From NCBI GenBank assembly GCA_013824685.1, contig PNOG01000008.1, positions 41,455 through 105,454 on the forward strand: DNA of 64,000 nt, given 5' to 3'. Shown piece after piece: positions 9,124-18,858 of the stretch (the stretch's first letter is position 1; every line of letters begins with the position of its first letter). This DNA is from Coprothermobacter sp. (GTDB lineage Bacteria > Caldisericota > Caldisericia > Cryosericales > Cryosericaceae). The position numbers were made by a program, and so were the translations under genes. A model generated the notes under the pieces. That model saw nothing but the letters and a program-made list of their open reading frames with translations. It was not told the DNA's origin and made no database searches.

Positions 9124-10488
9124 ATGGTGGACGTGTTCATTATCGGTGGTGGACCTGGAGGGTACGTCGCAGCAATCAAGGCGGCTCAGCTGGGTCTGTC
9201 GGTCGCGCTGGCGGAAGAGGCCGACATGGGCGGTACGTGCACCAACTGGGGCTGCATCCCCACCAAGACGATGCTTGCCAGCAGCAAGCTGCTGACGCGC
9301 ATGCGGGAGGCCCGCAAGTTCGGACTGACGGCCGAGGGCGTCGGAGCCGACTTCGGCGCCATCATGACGCGCAAGGACCAGGTCGTCGTGCGCCTGCGTA
9401 AGGGAATCGAATACCTGATGAAGAAGAACAACATCCAAGTCTATGCCAGCCGGGCGACCCTGCACGATGCGACACACGTCTGTATCGGCGCGACCGGTGA
9501 AGTTGTCGAAGCGAAAAACGTCATCATCGCGACCGGCAGCTCCCCCATCAGGTTTCCTCCCTTCACCGATCCGGGCATCTGGACCAGTGATGACGTCTTC
9601 CGCAACAGGGAGCAGCCGAAGGAACTCGTTGTTATCGGGGGCGGCGTTATCGGCGTCGAGATGGCGACATTCTTCAGCGCCGTCGGGACGAAGGTCACGA
9701 TCGTCGAGCTGATGCCACATATCCTGCCTGCCGAGGATGAGGACGTGGCCCTGGCCCTCACTGCCACCCTCAAGAAGCGAGGCATCACGATCATCACCGG
9801 GGCGAAGACCCAGTCGGTCACCCCTGCGGATGCCGGTTACACCCTGATACTCGACGTGAACGGCAGCACACAGGAAGTCCACGGCGACCACGTTCTACTG
9901 TCCATCGGACGCCGTTCGAATGTCGGCCCCGAACTCGAGCCGCTGGGCGTAACACTCTCGAAGAAGGGGATCGTCGTCGACGATCACATGCACACCAGTG
10001 TCCCCGGCGTGTACGCTGTCGGTGACGTAAAGGGGACCTACATGCTGGCACACGTCGCCGAGAAAGAAGGGGTCGTCGCGGCCGAGAACATCGCCGGGCA
10101 CGACGCTCACATGGTCTACACGGCTGTCCCTTCGGTCATCTTCACCGACCCGGAGATCAGTGTGGTGGGCAAGAGGGAATACGAGCTCAAGGCAGAAGGG
10201 ATCCCCTACAAGGCGGGGACATTCCCCGTCAGCGCCAGCGGCAAGGCGCGGACGATGGAAGAAAGCATCGGCTTCGCCAAGGTCCTGGCACATGCCGAAA
10301 CCCACGAGGTCCTGGGAATCTCCCTCTACTGCGCCGAAGCCACCGACCTGGTCATGGAATCGGTCCTGGCCGTACAGTTCGGCATGACGGCGGAACAGCT
10401 GCTACAAGCGATTCACCCGCATCCGACGATGACTGAGATGATCATGGAGGCCGCCGAAGGTTCGATCGGACTACCCCTGCAATTGTGA
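9124..10488 (+). CDS. lpdA: Dihydrolipoyl dehydrogenase
   Basis: FAD motif IIGGGPGGY, redox-active disulfide GGTCTNWGCIPTK, NAD motif VIGGGVIGVEMA, C-terminal HPHPT motif. AGGAGG lies upstream. Confidence 0.9.
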   Translation: MVDVFIIGGGPGGYVAAIKAAQLGLSVALAEEADMGGTCTNWGCIPTKTMLASSKLLTRMREARKFGLTAEGVGADFGAIMTRKDQVVVRLRKGIEYLMKKNNIQVYASRATLHDATHVCIGATGEVVEAKNVIIATGSSPIRFPPFTDPGIWTSDDVFRNREQPKELVVIGGGVIGVEMATFFSAVGTKVTIVELMPHILPAEDEDVALALTATLKKRGITIITGAKTQSVTPADAGYTLILDVNGSTQEVHGDHVLLSIGRRSNVGPELEPLGVTLSKKGIVVDDHMHTSVPGVYAVGDVKGTYMLAHVAEKEGVVAAENIAGHDAHMVYTAVPSVIFTDPEISVVGKREYELKAEGIPYKAGTFPVSASGKARTMEESIGFAKVLAHAETHEVLGISLYCAEATDLVMESVLAVQFGMTAEQLLQAIHPHPTMTEMIMEAAEGSIGLPLQL

Positions 10489-10517
10489 ATATCATTAGTG
10501 CCTGACCCCAAAGGGAT

Positions 10518-12443
10518 TCACAATTGAGGACCGGCCGTCGCTTGGGCACGCCGCGCATCGTGGATGAGTCGCAGGACGGCCTTCTCCTCCTCCACCGATC
10601 GCTCCCCGGCGAAGAGGGCGTCATAGACGCGCCAGACAAGGCCTTCAACACCGGGAGACGGCGCCGCACGGTGCACCAGCTCCAGAAGCGTCTCGCCGGG
10701 GCGCCGCCGTTCTCCGACGAGGTCCTCCAGCGCTGAAGCGAGCCGGCCACGCCTGTCCTCCGACCGGCGGCGCAGGAACAGAACTGCCAGGGCGGCAGCC
10801 GCACATAGGCCCGCAATGACGCGCCAGTCACGCGCCAAACGTGACACTGTCGTCCGGAAGGACTCGAACGCCCCGGCGACGGCACGGCCACTGCCAGTGA
10901 GAAACTGGCTGAGACTGTTGGCCGTCTGCACCTGCCTGGCCAGGTCGTACGTGACGACGTTCCGGTACCAGGCCATGCGAATATTGTCGAGGACATTTGT
11001 CATCAGCGACACCTGCTGGAAGGAGCTGGGCGTCGGGTCGTAGCGAACCCAGAGGTTCCCATCCAGGACCTCGACCCACGTGTGTGCGTCCTTGGCCCGA
11101 ACAATGAGATACCCCGAGGCGTTGTTCCACTCTGTGGCTACGAAACCGGACACCAGGCGGGCGTGAACGCCCTCGGCACGCAGCAACAACACCATGGACG
11201 TCGCGAAGTGCTCGCAGTACCCGGTGCGCCGGTTCACCACGAAGTCCTCCACCGAAGACGCCGTCGGGTTCAGTGAGTAGTCATAGTTGGCCAGGAGATA
11301 GTCGCGAGTCGCTCGCGCCTTGTCTCTGACTGTCAGACCCTGCACGATACGTGAGGCAACGTCCCTGAATGCCTGCGAAAGCTCAGGGACCTGAAGGTAC
11401 CTTCCCAGCAATGTCGGCCGTCGAGCCACGACACTGTCTACAGGGACCGTGTCTCGATCCAGCGACGAGACATCGTACCGGATCGTCTTGTAGTACGGCG
11501 CATCCGTGAACAGGCTCCCCTCCGTGTCGCGCCGAAGGTACTGAAACTGCCCTCGCACTCCGGTCACATGTTCCAGTCCGAAGACGACGTCCGTCCCAGT
11601 CGGCTCGAGGTACACGGTCGTCAGCGTATCGGGTTGCTGCTCGCTCACCACAAACGAATCAATCCCGGAGGACGCATACAGGGACTCAGGGCGACCAGCG
11701 GCGACCAGCCATTGCCTGCCATTGAAGGTCGTGTAGCGCATGCCCGAGATGTAAGCAGGCAGGGGCAACCGGGGACCACCCTTCCGGGGCTCGACACGCA
11801 TGACGACGGTATTGTCCTGCTGAACTTCTCCAGGGGTGATCGTGACGTCCTTGGAGAAACCTGTCGTCTGGGTCGCCAGCGCAGGACTGCCCTTGATATA
11901 GCCCAGTGTCCACCGCGGAAGGGCAAAGAACACGCCAAATGCAAACACAAACGACACGAGCGCAGACACGACGATGACACCATAAAATCCCCAGCCGATG
12001 TGCGGGACCCTGCCTTCAAACTGGGCCATGATCAGCAGGACGGTCGCAATCAGGAACTCGGTGAGCAGCAGAAGCCCGAATGCCGCTGAGATGGACCCGG
12101 CGGCAGACAGGACAGTAACAAAAACGCCGATGAGCACCAGTCCCTGATAGTCGCGGGTATTTTCTGTCAGAACGAATCGGCACGTCATTGCTGCCAGCAT
12201 CGCCTGCGCAAGGAGAGCGAAGAGCTGGGTCCCCAGGACCACGAGGACGAGGAACCAGACGAGGGGGAGTGCTTCGAGAGAGCGCCGTCCCCAGCGCCCC
12301 TGAACGTGCCCGGCCAGGAGCAGGGCCACGAGGAATGCGATGGCATACAGAGCATACCAGGACTCGACGATGGACAGAAACCCGCACGCCGTGAGACCGA
12401 GCAGGAACGCCAGCATGCGCCGGATGTCCAGCGAACTCTTCAC
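10518..12443 (-). CDS. Transglutaminase-like membrane protein (DUF3488/TGase type)
   Basis: N-terminal multi-TM region. Transglutaminase core GYCEHFATSMVLLLRAEGVHARLVSGF plus DAHTWVEV. The GTG start overlaps the DUF58 stop (GTGA). An alternative ATG exists at 12416. Confidence 0.8.
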   Translation of the reverse strand: MKSSLDIRRMLAFLLGLTACGFLSIVESWYALYAIAFLVALLLAGHVQGRWGRRSLEALPLVWFLVLVVLGTQLFALLAQAMLAAMTCRFVLTENTRDYQGLVLIGVFVTVLSAAGSISAAFGLLLLTEFLIATVLLIMAQFEGRVPHIGWGFYGVIVVSALVSFVFAFGVFFALPRWTLGYIKGSPALATQTTGFSKDVTITPGEVQQDNTVVMRVEPRKGGPRLPLPAYISGMRYTTFNGRQWLVAAGRPESLYASSGIDSFVVSEQQPDTLTTVYLEPTGTDVVFGLEHVTGVRGQFQYLRRDTEGSLFTDAPYYKTIRYDVSSLDRDTVPVDSVVARRPTLLGRYLQVPELSQAFRDVASRIVQGLTVRDKARATRDYLLANYDYSLNPTASSVEDFVVNRRTGYCEHFATSMVLLLRAEGVHARLVSGFVATEWNNASGYLIVRAKDAHTWVEVLDGNLWVRYDPTPSSFQQVSLMTNVLDNIRMAWYRNVVTYDLARQVQTANSLSQFLTGSGRAVAGAFESFRTTVSRLARDWRVIAGLCAAAALAVLFLRRRSEDRRGRLASALEDLVGERRRPGETLLELVHRAAPSPGVEGLVWRVYDALFAGERSVEEEKAVLRLIHDARRAQATAGPQL

Positions 12444-13435
12444 GGAGCACCACTCACAAAGGTGATGGCTTCGTGCGTGAAACTGTGGAGAGGTCCGGAA
12501 TGGGGAGGGTCCTCCGTGAGTTCCGCCAGAGCCAGCAGCTCCATTGCCTGCTGCCACACCCTGCGCTCACGTCCGACCAGAAACGATCCGGGAAGAGCAA
12601 GCGCGACGGCCTCTCCCGACTCGAAGACCGACGTCAGACCACTCGCGATCTTCGAGACGCCGAGTTCAAACGCCTGGCTGTCAGGCCACGCACCCCTTGC
12701 CGTGTCGAGGTAGAAGACCGTCTCCTGTTGATACCTGGCTTCCTGTTCCACAACGTAGGGGTCGCCCCTCCGCGCCGACACCTTCCAGTCGATGTGGCGG
12801 GAATCGTCGCCCTCGTGGTACCTGCGCAGAGAGAAGAAATCCCCGTCGCCACCTGCCCTCGCTCTCTCGAGGCGGTGTTCGCCCTGTTCATCCTGCTGCC
12901 GCAAGAGGACGGGATGGATCTGTGGGTAGACAACCAGCTCCCCACCAACAATCACGTCCCTGCGCATCTCGACGATACCGAAGGGGAACGTCGACGCAAT
13001 GTCCGCCCACAGTCCCGTCACGCGCCCTCGCGTGGGCAGGGTAAGGGTGAGTGGAAGTTCCAGGGCAGAACGAGCGTCCACGAAGGGAACGCTCAACGAA
13101 ACAGTGTCTCCACGCTCCCGGACGGCGATGCGTGCGAAGAACAGCGGGAACGAACCAGTATTGCGAACCCTGATGCCGAGAAGTGCCGGACGGCCAGCAT
13201 AGACCTCGTCTGCTGCGTCAAGCGAGATGTCGAGACGGCGAAGGTTCGCGACCGACAGCAGTCCCGAAAAGATAAGCGCAGAAAGGAGTGCGCTGAAGAT
13301 GAGATACAGAAGGTTGTTGCCCGAGTTGATGGCGACCGCCCCGATGCCGATGATGGCAAGGAAGAACAACAGGCCACTGCGGGTCAGCCGTTCGGCTCGG
13401 TGGGACTTCCTGTACCGCAGCTCGACCAGATTCAT
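12440..13435 (-). CDS. DUF58 domain protein
   Basis: Two N-terminal TM helices, then the pattern usual for DUF58 proteins encoded next to MoxR (RRYHEGDDSRHIDWK). Confidence 0.8.
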   Translation of the reverse strand: MNLVELRYRKSHRAERLTRSGLLFFLAIIGIGAVAINSGNNLLYLIFSALLSALIFSGLLSVANLRRLDISLDAADEVYAGRPALLGIRVRNTGSFPLFFARIAVRERGDTVSLSVPFVDARSALELPLTLTLPTRGRVTGLWADIASTFPFGIVEMRRDVIVGGELVVYPQIHPVLLRQQDEQGEHRLERARAGGDGDFFSLRRYHEGDDSRHIDWKVSARRGDPYVVEQEARYQQETVFYLDTARGAWPDSQAFELGVSKIASGLTSVFESGEAVALALPGSFLVGRERRVWQQAMELLALAELTEDPPHSGPLHSFTHEAITFVSGAP

Positions 13436-13462
13436 CGCGATTGAAGCATGGAGCCACGCCCG

Positions 13463-14410
13463 TCAGGCAGGAGCGAGTACCTGCTCGAAGACGCGGTCGA
13501 TATCGGCGCGCGATGCCCCTTTTCGACTGCCACGACGCAGGATGCGGTGAGCTGCTACGTATGGAGCCATCGTCTTGACGTCGTCAGGGACGACGAACGT
13601 GCGACCCTGCAGCAGCGCCCATGCGCGAACTGCCTTGAGCAGATCGATAGCGCCCCGCGGGCTGACGCCAACCTCGAACAGCGTCTCGGAACGGGTCGCG
13701 CGCGCAAACGCGAGGAGGTAGTCCAGCACCGCTGGTGCCACCGTCACGTTGTCGACCGCATCCTGTGCGTCCAGCACCTGCTGGACTGAGGCTACCGGCT
13801 GCAGATGGATGGAATGCTGGCGTACGGGGCGCTCGGTCAGGATCCTGCGCTCCGCGTCGACGTCCGGGTATCCAATACCCATGCACAGCTGGAAGCGGTC
13901 CAGTTCGCTCTCGGGCAGAGGGTACGTCCCCGTATACTCGATAGGATTCTGTGTGGCGATGACGAAGAACGGGTCTGGCAGCTCCCATGTCGCCCCGTCG
14001 ATACTGATGCGCCGATCGTTCATGGCCTCCAGAAGCGCAGATTGGGTCTTGGGGCTGGCCCTGTTGATCTCGTCGGCCATAACGACGTTCGCGAAGATGG
14101 GGCCGCGCCGGAACCGGAACTCCCCGGTAGCAGCCTCATAGACGTTGACGCCAAGGATATCGGCGGGCAGGAGGTCGGACGTGAACTGGATTCGGCTATA
14201 GGACGCTCCGATGGATTGCCCCAGTGCTTGCGCCAGCGTCGACTTGCCGACACCCGGCACGTCCTGCAGCAACAAATGTCCACCCGCGATCATTGGAACC
14301 AGGGCCAGCAGGACCTGTTCATGCTTGCCACGCAGCACGGTCTCGACGCTGGCCGCTATCGCGGTCACCATATCCGTCGCTGCCTGCAGTCTGTCTGTCT
14401 TCCCGCTCAT
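13463..14410 (-). CDS. MoxR-family AAA+ ATPase
   Basis: Walker A GVPGVGKST, Walker B VVMADEINRASPKTQSALLEAM. ATG 14410 (MSGKTDRL) is preceded by gagggga. The track start at 14698 is an upstream extension. Confidence 0.88.
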   Translation of the reverse strand: MSGKTDRLQAATDMVTAIAASVETVLRGKHEQVLLALVPMIAGGHLLLQDVPGVGKSTLAQALGQSIGASYSRIQFTSDLLPADILGVNVYEAATGEFRFRRGPIFANVVMADEINRASPKTQSALLEAMNDRRISIDGATWELPDPFFVIATQNPIEYTGTYPLPESELDRFQLCMGIGYPDVDAERRILTERPVRQHSIHLQPVASVQQVLDAQDAVDNVTVAPAVLDYLLAFARATRSETLFEVGVSPRGAIDLLKAVRAWALLQGRTFVVPDDVKTMAPYVAAHRILRRGSRKGASRADIDRVFEQVLAPA

Positions 14411-14853
14411 ATCAGCTCCCCTCGTCCATGTGTTCCCAACATCAGGGCTACTTCTACCTGCAGCAGTCATCCGTTCACGACCGGTCCCGGCGCGGTGACA
14501 GCGTTCATTTCCCCTGACACCAAGGACCAACCCGCCCGCGCCATCTCTTCGACAATGGACCAGCCAGGCCCCCGCCACACCAGATGGCGCCAAGGTGACC
14601 GCAAGGATCACACGGCACAAGGGCGACGCCAACCATCGATATGTGCTGGAGCGTACGCCGAAGCATCTCGGCTCCGTATCCGGCAATGAACGTCCCAAGC
14701 ATCATCACACCTCTCTGGCTTAGGTTATACGACAATTGGGAAAGAACTGCAAACCATTGAGCAGAGGCGCCATCACAGCAACCGGCCTGATGCCTCTCGC
14801 CTTTTCGGAATATACTGTAACGAACTCATTCACCGGGAAACCAAGAGGAACGC

Positions 14854-15711
14854 ATGAATACGATCTGCAGAAGAGAAGAGCTCGGACGCAACGTCGTCCG
14901 CTATGTCGTCGACGCGCCACTGGTTGCGATGCACAGGAAGCCTGGACAGTTTGTCATCATCCGCGTGACGGACCACGGTGAGCGGATTCCGCTGACGATT
15001 GCCGATGCAAACCCCGAGATGGGGACCATTTCCCTGATCGTCCAGTCCGTCGGCAAGACCACGCGTGAGATGGCCATGCTCAGACCCGGGAATGCCATCC
15101 ACGACATTGTTGGCCCACTGGGCAAACCAACGCATATCCAGCGGTTCGGGACCGTGCTGTGCGTTGGCGGCGGCATCGGGACAGCTCCTCTCTACCCTAT
15201 CGCGAAGGGCATGAAAGAAGCCCACAACCGTGTCATCACGGTCCTCGGAGCCAGGACGCACGACCTGCTCATTCTCGAAGACGACCTGCGCGCTGTGAGC
15301 GATGAGCTCATCGTCACCACCGACGACGGGTCGTATGGCACCAAGGGACTCGTGACCGACGCGATCCGCTCTCTCGTGAACGGCGGGACGCACATCGACC
15401 AGGCTGTCGTCATCGGCCCCCCTCTCATGATGAAGTTCACGTCTCTGCTCACCAAGGAACTCGGCATCCCCACGATGGCCTCCCTGAACCCCATCATGAT
15501 CGACGGGACCGGCATGTGCGGCGGATGTCGTGTCACGGTGGGCGGCGAGATGAAGTTCGCCTGCGTGGACGGCCCAGAGTTCGATGCACACAAGGTAGAC
15601 TGGGACAGCATGATCCGTCGTCTCGGGACCTACCACACAGCGGAGCAGGAGGCAGCTGAACGCTATGACCACGAATGCCGCGTCGGCCTGGACGCCGGGG
15701 AGGCCCGATGA
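14854..15711 (+). CDS. nfnA: FAD/NAD-binding, [2Fe-2S] ferredoxin-NADP reductase-like small subunit (NfnA / sulfide dehydrogenase subunit type)
   Basis: PyrK-like fold motifs (GQFVIIR, GGGIGTAPL). C-terminal cysteine cluster CGGCRV...C. The stop overlaps the partner gene's start (ATGA). Confidence 0.7.
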   Translation: MNTICRREELGRNVVRYVVDAPLVAMHRKPGQFVIIRVTDHGERIPLTIADANPEMGTISLIVQSVGKTTREMAMLRPGNAIHDIVGPLGKPTHIQRFGTVLCVGGGIGTAPLYPIAKGMKEAHNRVITVLGARTHDLLILEDDLRAVSDELIVTTDDGSYGTKGLVTDAIRSLVNGGTHIDQAVVIGPPLMMKFTSLLTKELGIPTMASLNPIMIDGTGMCGGCRVTVGGEMKFACVDGPEFDAHKVDWDSMIRRLGTYHTAEQEAAERYDHECRVGLDAGEAR

Positions 15712-17135
15712 ACGCTGCCGATCGACTGAAGCTGCCGCCTGTCGTCATGCCCGAGCAGGACCCCGCCGAACGCGTCCACAACGTCCGCGAGGTGCCACTG
15801 GGGTTCACCCCCGCAATGGCGTTGCAGGAAGCGCAGCGCTGCCTTCATTGCACCAGCCAGCCCTGTGTCGAGGGTTGCCCCGTCGGCGTGCGCATCCCCG
15901 ACTTCATTCAGGCCATCGAGTCCGGCGACTACATCGCCGGGATCGGAATCATCAAGCAGACCAACCTGCTGCCTGCCGTCTGTGGGCGCGTCTGCCCCCA
16001 GGAAGAGCAGTGTCAGAAGAGCTGCACCGTAGGCAAGGCGCACCGGGATGTCGGAAAGGCTGTGCAGATCGGCAAGCTGGAACGATTCCTGGCCGACTGG
16101 GAACGAGAGAACAACGCAGCAATCATCCCTCAGATTCCACCCTCGACCGGCAAGCGCGTAGCCGTCATCGGCAGCGGTCCCGCAGGCCTCACCGTAGCCG
16201 GCGACCTCATCAAGCTGGGTCACGCTGTCACCGTGTTCGAAGCGCTGCACATGCCGGGAGGCGTCCTGGGATATGGCATTCCCGAGTTCCGTCTGCCCAA
16301 GAAGATCGTCTATGCGGAGGTTGCCTACCTGACCAGACTCGGCGTCGATTTCCACTACAACACGGTCATCGGTAAGTCCCTCACGGTCGACGAGGTGCGC
16401 AGGGACTACGACGCCGTGTTCATCGGAAGTGGCGCCGGGCTTCCCAATTTCCTGGGCATCCCGGGCGAGAGTCTGCTTGGCGTGTACTCCGCCAACGAGT
16501 ATCTGACGCGCGCCAACCTCATGCACGCCTACGACGAGAACTCCGACACCCCCATCCTGCACGGCAAATCAGTGGCGGTCCTGGGCGGCGGCAATGTCGC
16601 CATGGACTCGGCCCGGACGGCACTGCGGCTGGGAGCCCTAAGGGCCATGGTCATCTATCGACGCTCGGAGGAGGAAATGCCCGCCCGCAAAGAGGAATAT
16701 CACCATGCGATCCAGGAGGGAATCGAGTTCCATTTCCTCCAGAACCCCCTGGAGATCCTCGGCAATAGTGAGGGATGGGTCACCGGCCTGACTCTGCAGA
16801 AGATGCAGCTCGGGGAACTGGACGCATCCGGTCGCAGGCGGCCGCTGCCGATTGCCGGCCAGATCGGCAATATCCCTGCGGACGTCGTCGTCGTGGCGAT
16901 CGGCAACAACCCCAACCCGCTGATCCCCGCCGCTCTCCCGAGTCTGCAGATGAACAGGCACGGGGGCATCATCACTGACGAAGAAACCATGGAGACGTCG
17001 GTCCCGGGAGTCTTTGCAGGTGGCGACATCGTGCTGGGCGCTGCGACAGTCATCTTGGCCATGGGCCAGGGCCGCAAGGCCGCACGTGCCATCCACACCT
17101 TGCTCACGAGAACCACCGAGACGGCCAGGGGCTAG
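15708..17135 (+). CDS. nfnB: NADPH-dependent glutamate synthase beta-chain-like oxidoreductase (NfnB type)
   Basis: N-terminal 2x[4Fe-4S] cysteines (CLHCTSQPCVEGCP; CGRVCPQEEQCQKSC) and two Rossmann motifs (VIGSGPAGL, VLGGGNVAMD). Coupled to nfnA by an ATGA overlap. Confidence 0.75.
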   Translation: MNAADRLKLPPVVMPEQDPAERVHNVREVPLGFTPAMALQEAQRCLHCTSQPCVEGCPVGVRIPDFIQAIESGDYIAGIGIIKQTNLLPAVCGRVCPQEEQCQKSCTVGKAHRDVGKAVQIGKLERFLADWERENNAAIIPQIPPSTGKRVAVIGSGPAGLTVAGDLIKLGHAVTVFEALHMPGGVLGYGIPEFRLPKKIVYAEVAYLTRLGVDFHYNTVIGKSLTVDEVRRDYDAVFIGSGAGLPNFLGIPGESLLGVYSANEYLTRANLMHAYDENSDTPILHGKSVAVLGGGNVAMDSARTALRLGALRAMVIYRRSEEEMPARKEEYHHAIQEGIEFHFLQNPLEILGNSEGWVTGLTLQKMQLGELDASGRRRPLPIAGQIGNIPADVVVVAIGNNPNPLIPAALPSLQMNRHGGIITDEETMETSVPGVFAGGDIVLGAATVILAMGQGRKAARAIHTLLTRTTETARG

Positions 17136-17159
17136 ACCAGACATACGGGAAGCATTTGC

Positions 17160-17187
17160 GGGCCGGAGGACGTGTTCCGGCCCTTTT
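17160..17187 (+). terminator. Rho-independent terminator after nfnB
   Basis: gggccgga / tccggccc stem with an 8-nt loop, followed by tttt. Confidence 0.75.
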
Positions 17188-17278
17188 CGCTGTCCTTGTA
17201 CTACACTCATCCAGGGCTATCATGCCTGGTGTGCCCGCGCAGCGCGAGTGAGCTGTCGTCGGGGAGGAGGAGAACGCG

Positions 17279-17920
17279 ATGGACAGACTGAAACGATTCA
17301 TGACGGAGAACTGGTGGAGATACCTGGTGAACGTCGTTCTCGCCGGTGGTGTCTACTGGTCCTCGACCTGGTACGGCATGACCAACCACGCGACGGCCAA
17401 CGTCCACATCCTGCAGACAGCCTTCGATCGGTGGGTTCCGGTCATCCCGCAATTCATCGTCCCGTACAACTGGCTGGAACCTGTCCTCTACTTCTGTCTC
17501 CTGTTCTTCTTCGTCTTCCATCCGAAGATCTTCACGGCATTCGGCGTCGCCTTCATCGCCATCCAGGCTATCAGCAACGGTGTCTACATCGTGTTCCAGA
17601 CGTATGTGCCCCGTCCCACCAACCTGGTCGCGGGCAGCAGCAGATACGTCGACGCTCTGCTGGCGAAGTATGCCAGCGACAACCCTTACAACTGCTTCCC
17701 ATCGCTGCATTGCGGCCTGTCTGCTCTTGCCGCCAGCTTCTGGTGGGTCAAGAGGAGCTACCGTCCCGTCGCTTGCCTGATGACGGTGTTTGCCGTGGTC
17801 ACGGTCATCGCCACTCAGGTCCTCAAGCAGCACGTCATCGCGGACGCGATCGGCAGTCTGCTGGCCGTTGCACTGTACCTTCTGGCCTATCGTATCTTCA
17901 ACCTGAAAACGGAAGCTTGA
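17279..17920 (+). CDS. PAP2_3-type (Aur1/IPC-synthase-like) integral membrane phosphatase-family protein
   Basis: Polytopic protein with CFPSLHCG and KQHVIADAIGS motifs, characteristic of the PAP2_3 subfamily. Confidence 0.6.
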   Translation: MDRLKRFMTENWWRYLVNVVLAGGVYWSSTWYGMTNHATANVHILQTAFDRWVPVIPQFIVPYNWLEPVLYFCLLFFFVFHPKIFTAFGVAFIAIQAISNGVYIVFQTYVPRPTNLVAGSSRYVDALLAKYASDNPYNCFPSLHCGLSALAASFWWVKRSYRPVACLMTVFAVVTVIATQVLKQHVIADAIGSLLAVALYLLAYRIFNLKTEA

Positions 17921-18132
17921 GCCTCAGGTTTCCTGGAGCAAAGCGGCCCGGCGACAAAACACATCGTCGGGCCGTCAGTCTGCTCTGCAAGCTAGTCTTT
18001 CACCGCTCCAGCGCTGTTGCGAGAATCAGCCGGTCAGTCGATCCATGACGGCATCACCTGCATTCCTCCATCTTGCATTCCTGCCTGTCTCGCAGACAAT
18101 GAATAGAGAGGATTTTCTCCGGGAGGCGCCAC

Positions 18133-18840
18133 ATGGCAGACGACGCGTTGTTCGACAGCATGGCTGATACTTACGATAGCTGGTACATGACACCCCTGGG
18201 CGCCTATGAAGATGAGCTCGAAAGCGCTCTGGTCTTCAAGCATGTGGGCGTCGTGCGGGGCAAGACCGTCCTGGACGTGGGATGCGGCACCGGACTGTAC
18301 AGTATTCGGTTGTCCGAAGGCGGCGCCGACGTCACTGCCGTAGACATCTCCCCCAAGATGATCGAGATAGCGCGCCGCAAGGCCCAGGACCGTGGCCAGT
18401 ACATCTGGTACGATCAGGCTGACATGCTCAAGCTCCCCTACGAAAACAGGACCTTCGACATGGTTGTGTCGATTACCGCGCTCGAGTTTGCCGCGGACCC
18501 ACTGATGGCTCTCATGGAAATGGCCCGGGTACTACGACCGGGGGGCAAGCTGGTCGTCGGCGTCCTCAACAACGATTCTCCATGGGCCGATGCTCGCCGT
18601 GAACACGCCAAACGTGAAGAGTCTATCTACGGGGCGGCCCATTTCTTCTCGTCGTCCGACCTGCGCTTGCTGATCCACCGCACGGGCACTTTTGGGGCCC
18701 TGACGATGGAAAGCTGCATCCACACACTTCCCGACGAGGACGCGTTCCTGGACAGCACCGCCTCGCGACGGGAGTTCTTCGGCCGCATGTTCAGGCCGCT
18801 GACCGGTGCGTTCCTGGTTGGCACGGCGCGCAAGCGCTAA
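18133..18840 (+). CDS. Class I SAM-dependent methyltransferase
   Basis: Motif I VLDVGCGTGLYS, motif post-I DISPKM, Methyltransf_11-like LRPGGKLVV. Confidence 0.85.
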   Translation: MADDALFDSMADTYDSWYMTPLGAYEDELESALVFKHVGVVRGKTVLDVGCGTGLYSIRLSEGGADVTAVDISPKMIEIARRKAQDRGQYIWYDQADMLKLPYENRTFDMVVSITALEFAADPLMALMEMARVLRPGGKLVVGVLNNDSPWADARREHAKREESIYGAAHFFSSSDLRLLIHRTGTFGALTMESCIHTLPDEDAFLDSTASRREFFGRMFRPLTGAFLVGTARKR

Positions 18841-18858
18841 GGTCCCAGGGAGAAGCCG

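Noticed and set aside
8874-9179. N-terminal extension of the FN3 protein ORF
   Set aside because: A signal peptide with AGGAGG begins at 8873. The extension overlaps the lpdA start region.
8950-9891. 313-aa antisense ORF opposite lpdA
   Set aside because: It is a shadow ORF typical of high-G+C DNA. It is Arg/Asp/Gly-rich with no motifs, and the opposite strand encodes an unmistakable lpdA.
14411-14698. N-terminal extension of the MoxR ORF, and the 76-aa ORF at 14505-14735
   Set aside because: MoxR homologues start near the MSGKTDRL position, which has an SD. The small ORF has no SD and a composition typical of non-coding high-G+C DNA.
15663-16562. 299-aa antisense ORF opposite nfnB
   Set aside because: A shadow ORF, for the same reasons.
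17921-18132. Direct repeat tgcattcct (twice, 6 nt apart) and a GC hairpin (cggcccggcga/tcgtcgggccg) as regulatory elements upstream of the methyltransferase gene
   Set aside because: They are too short and unsupported to call. The hairpin lacks a T-tract and has a mismatch.
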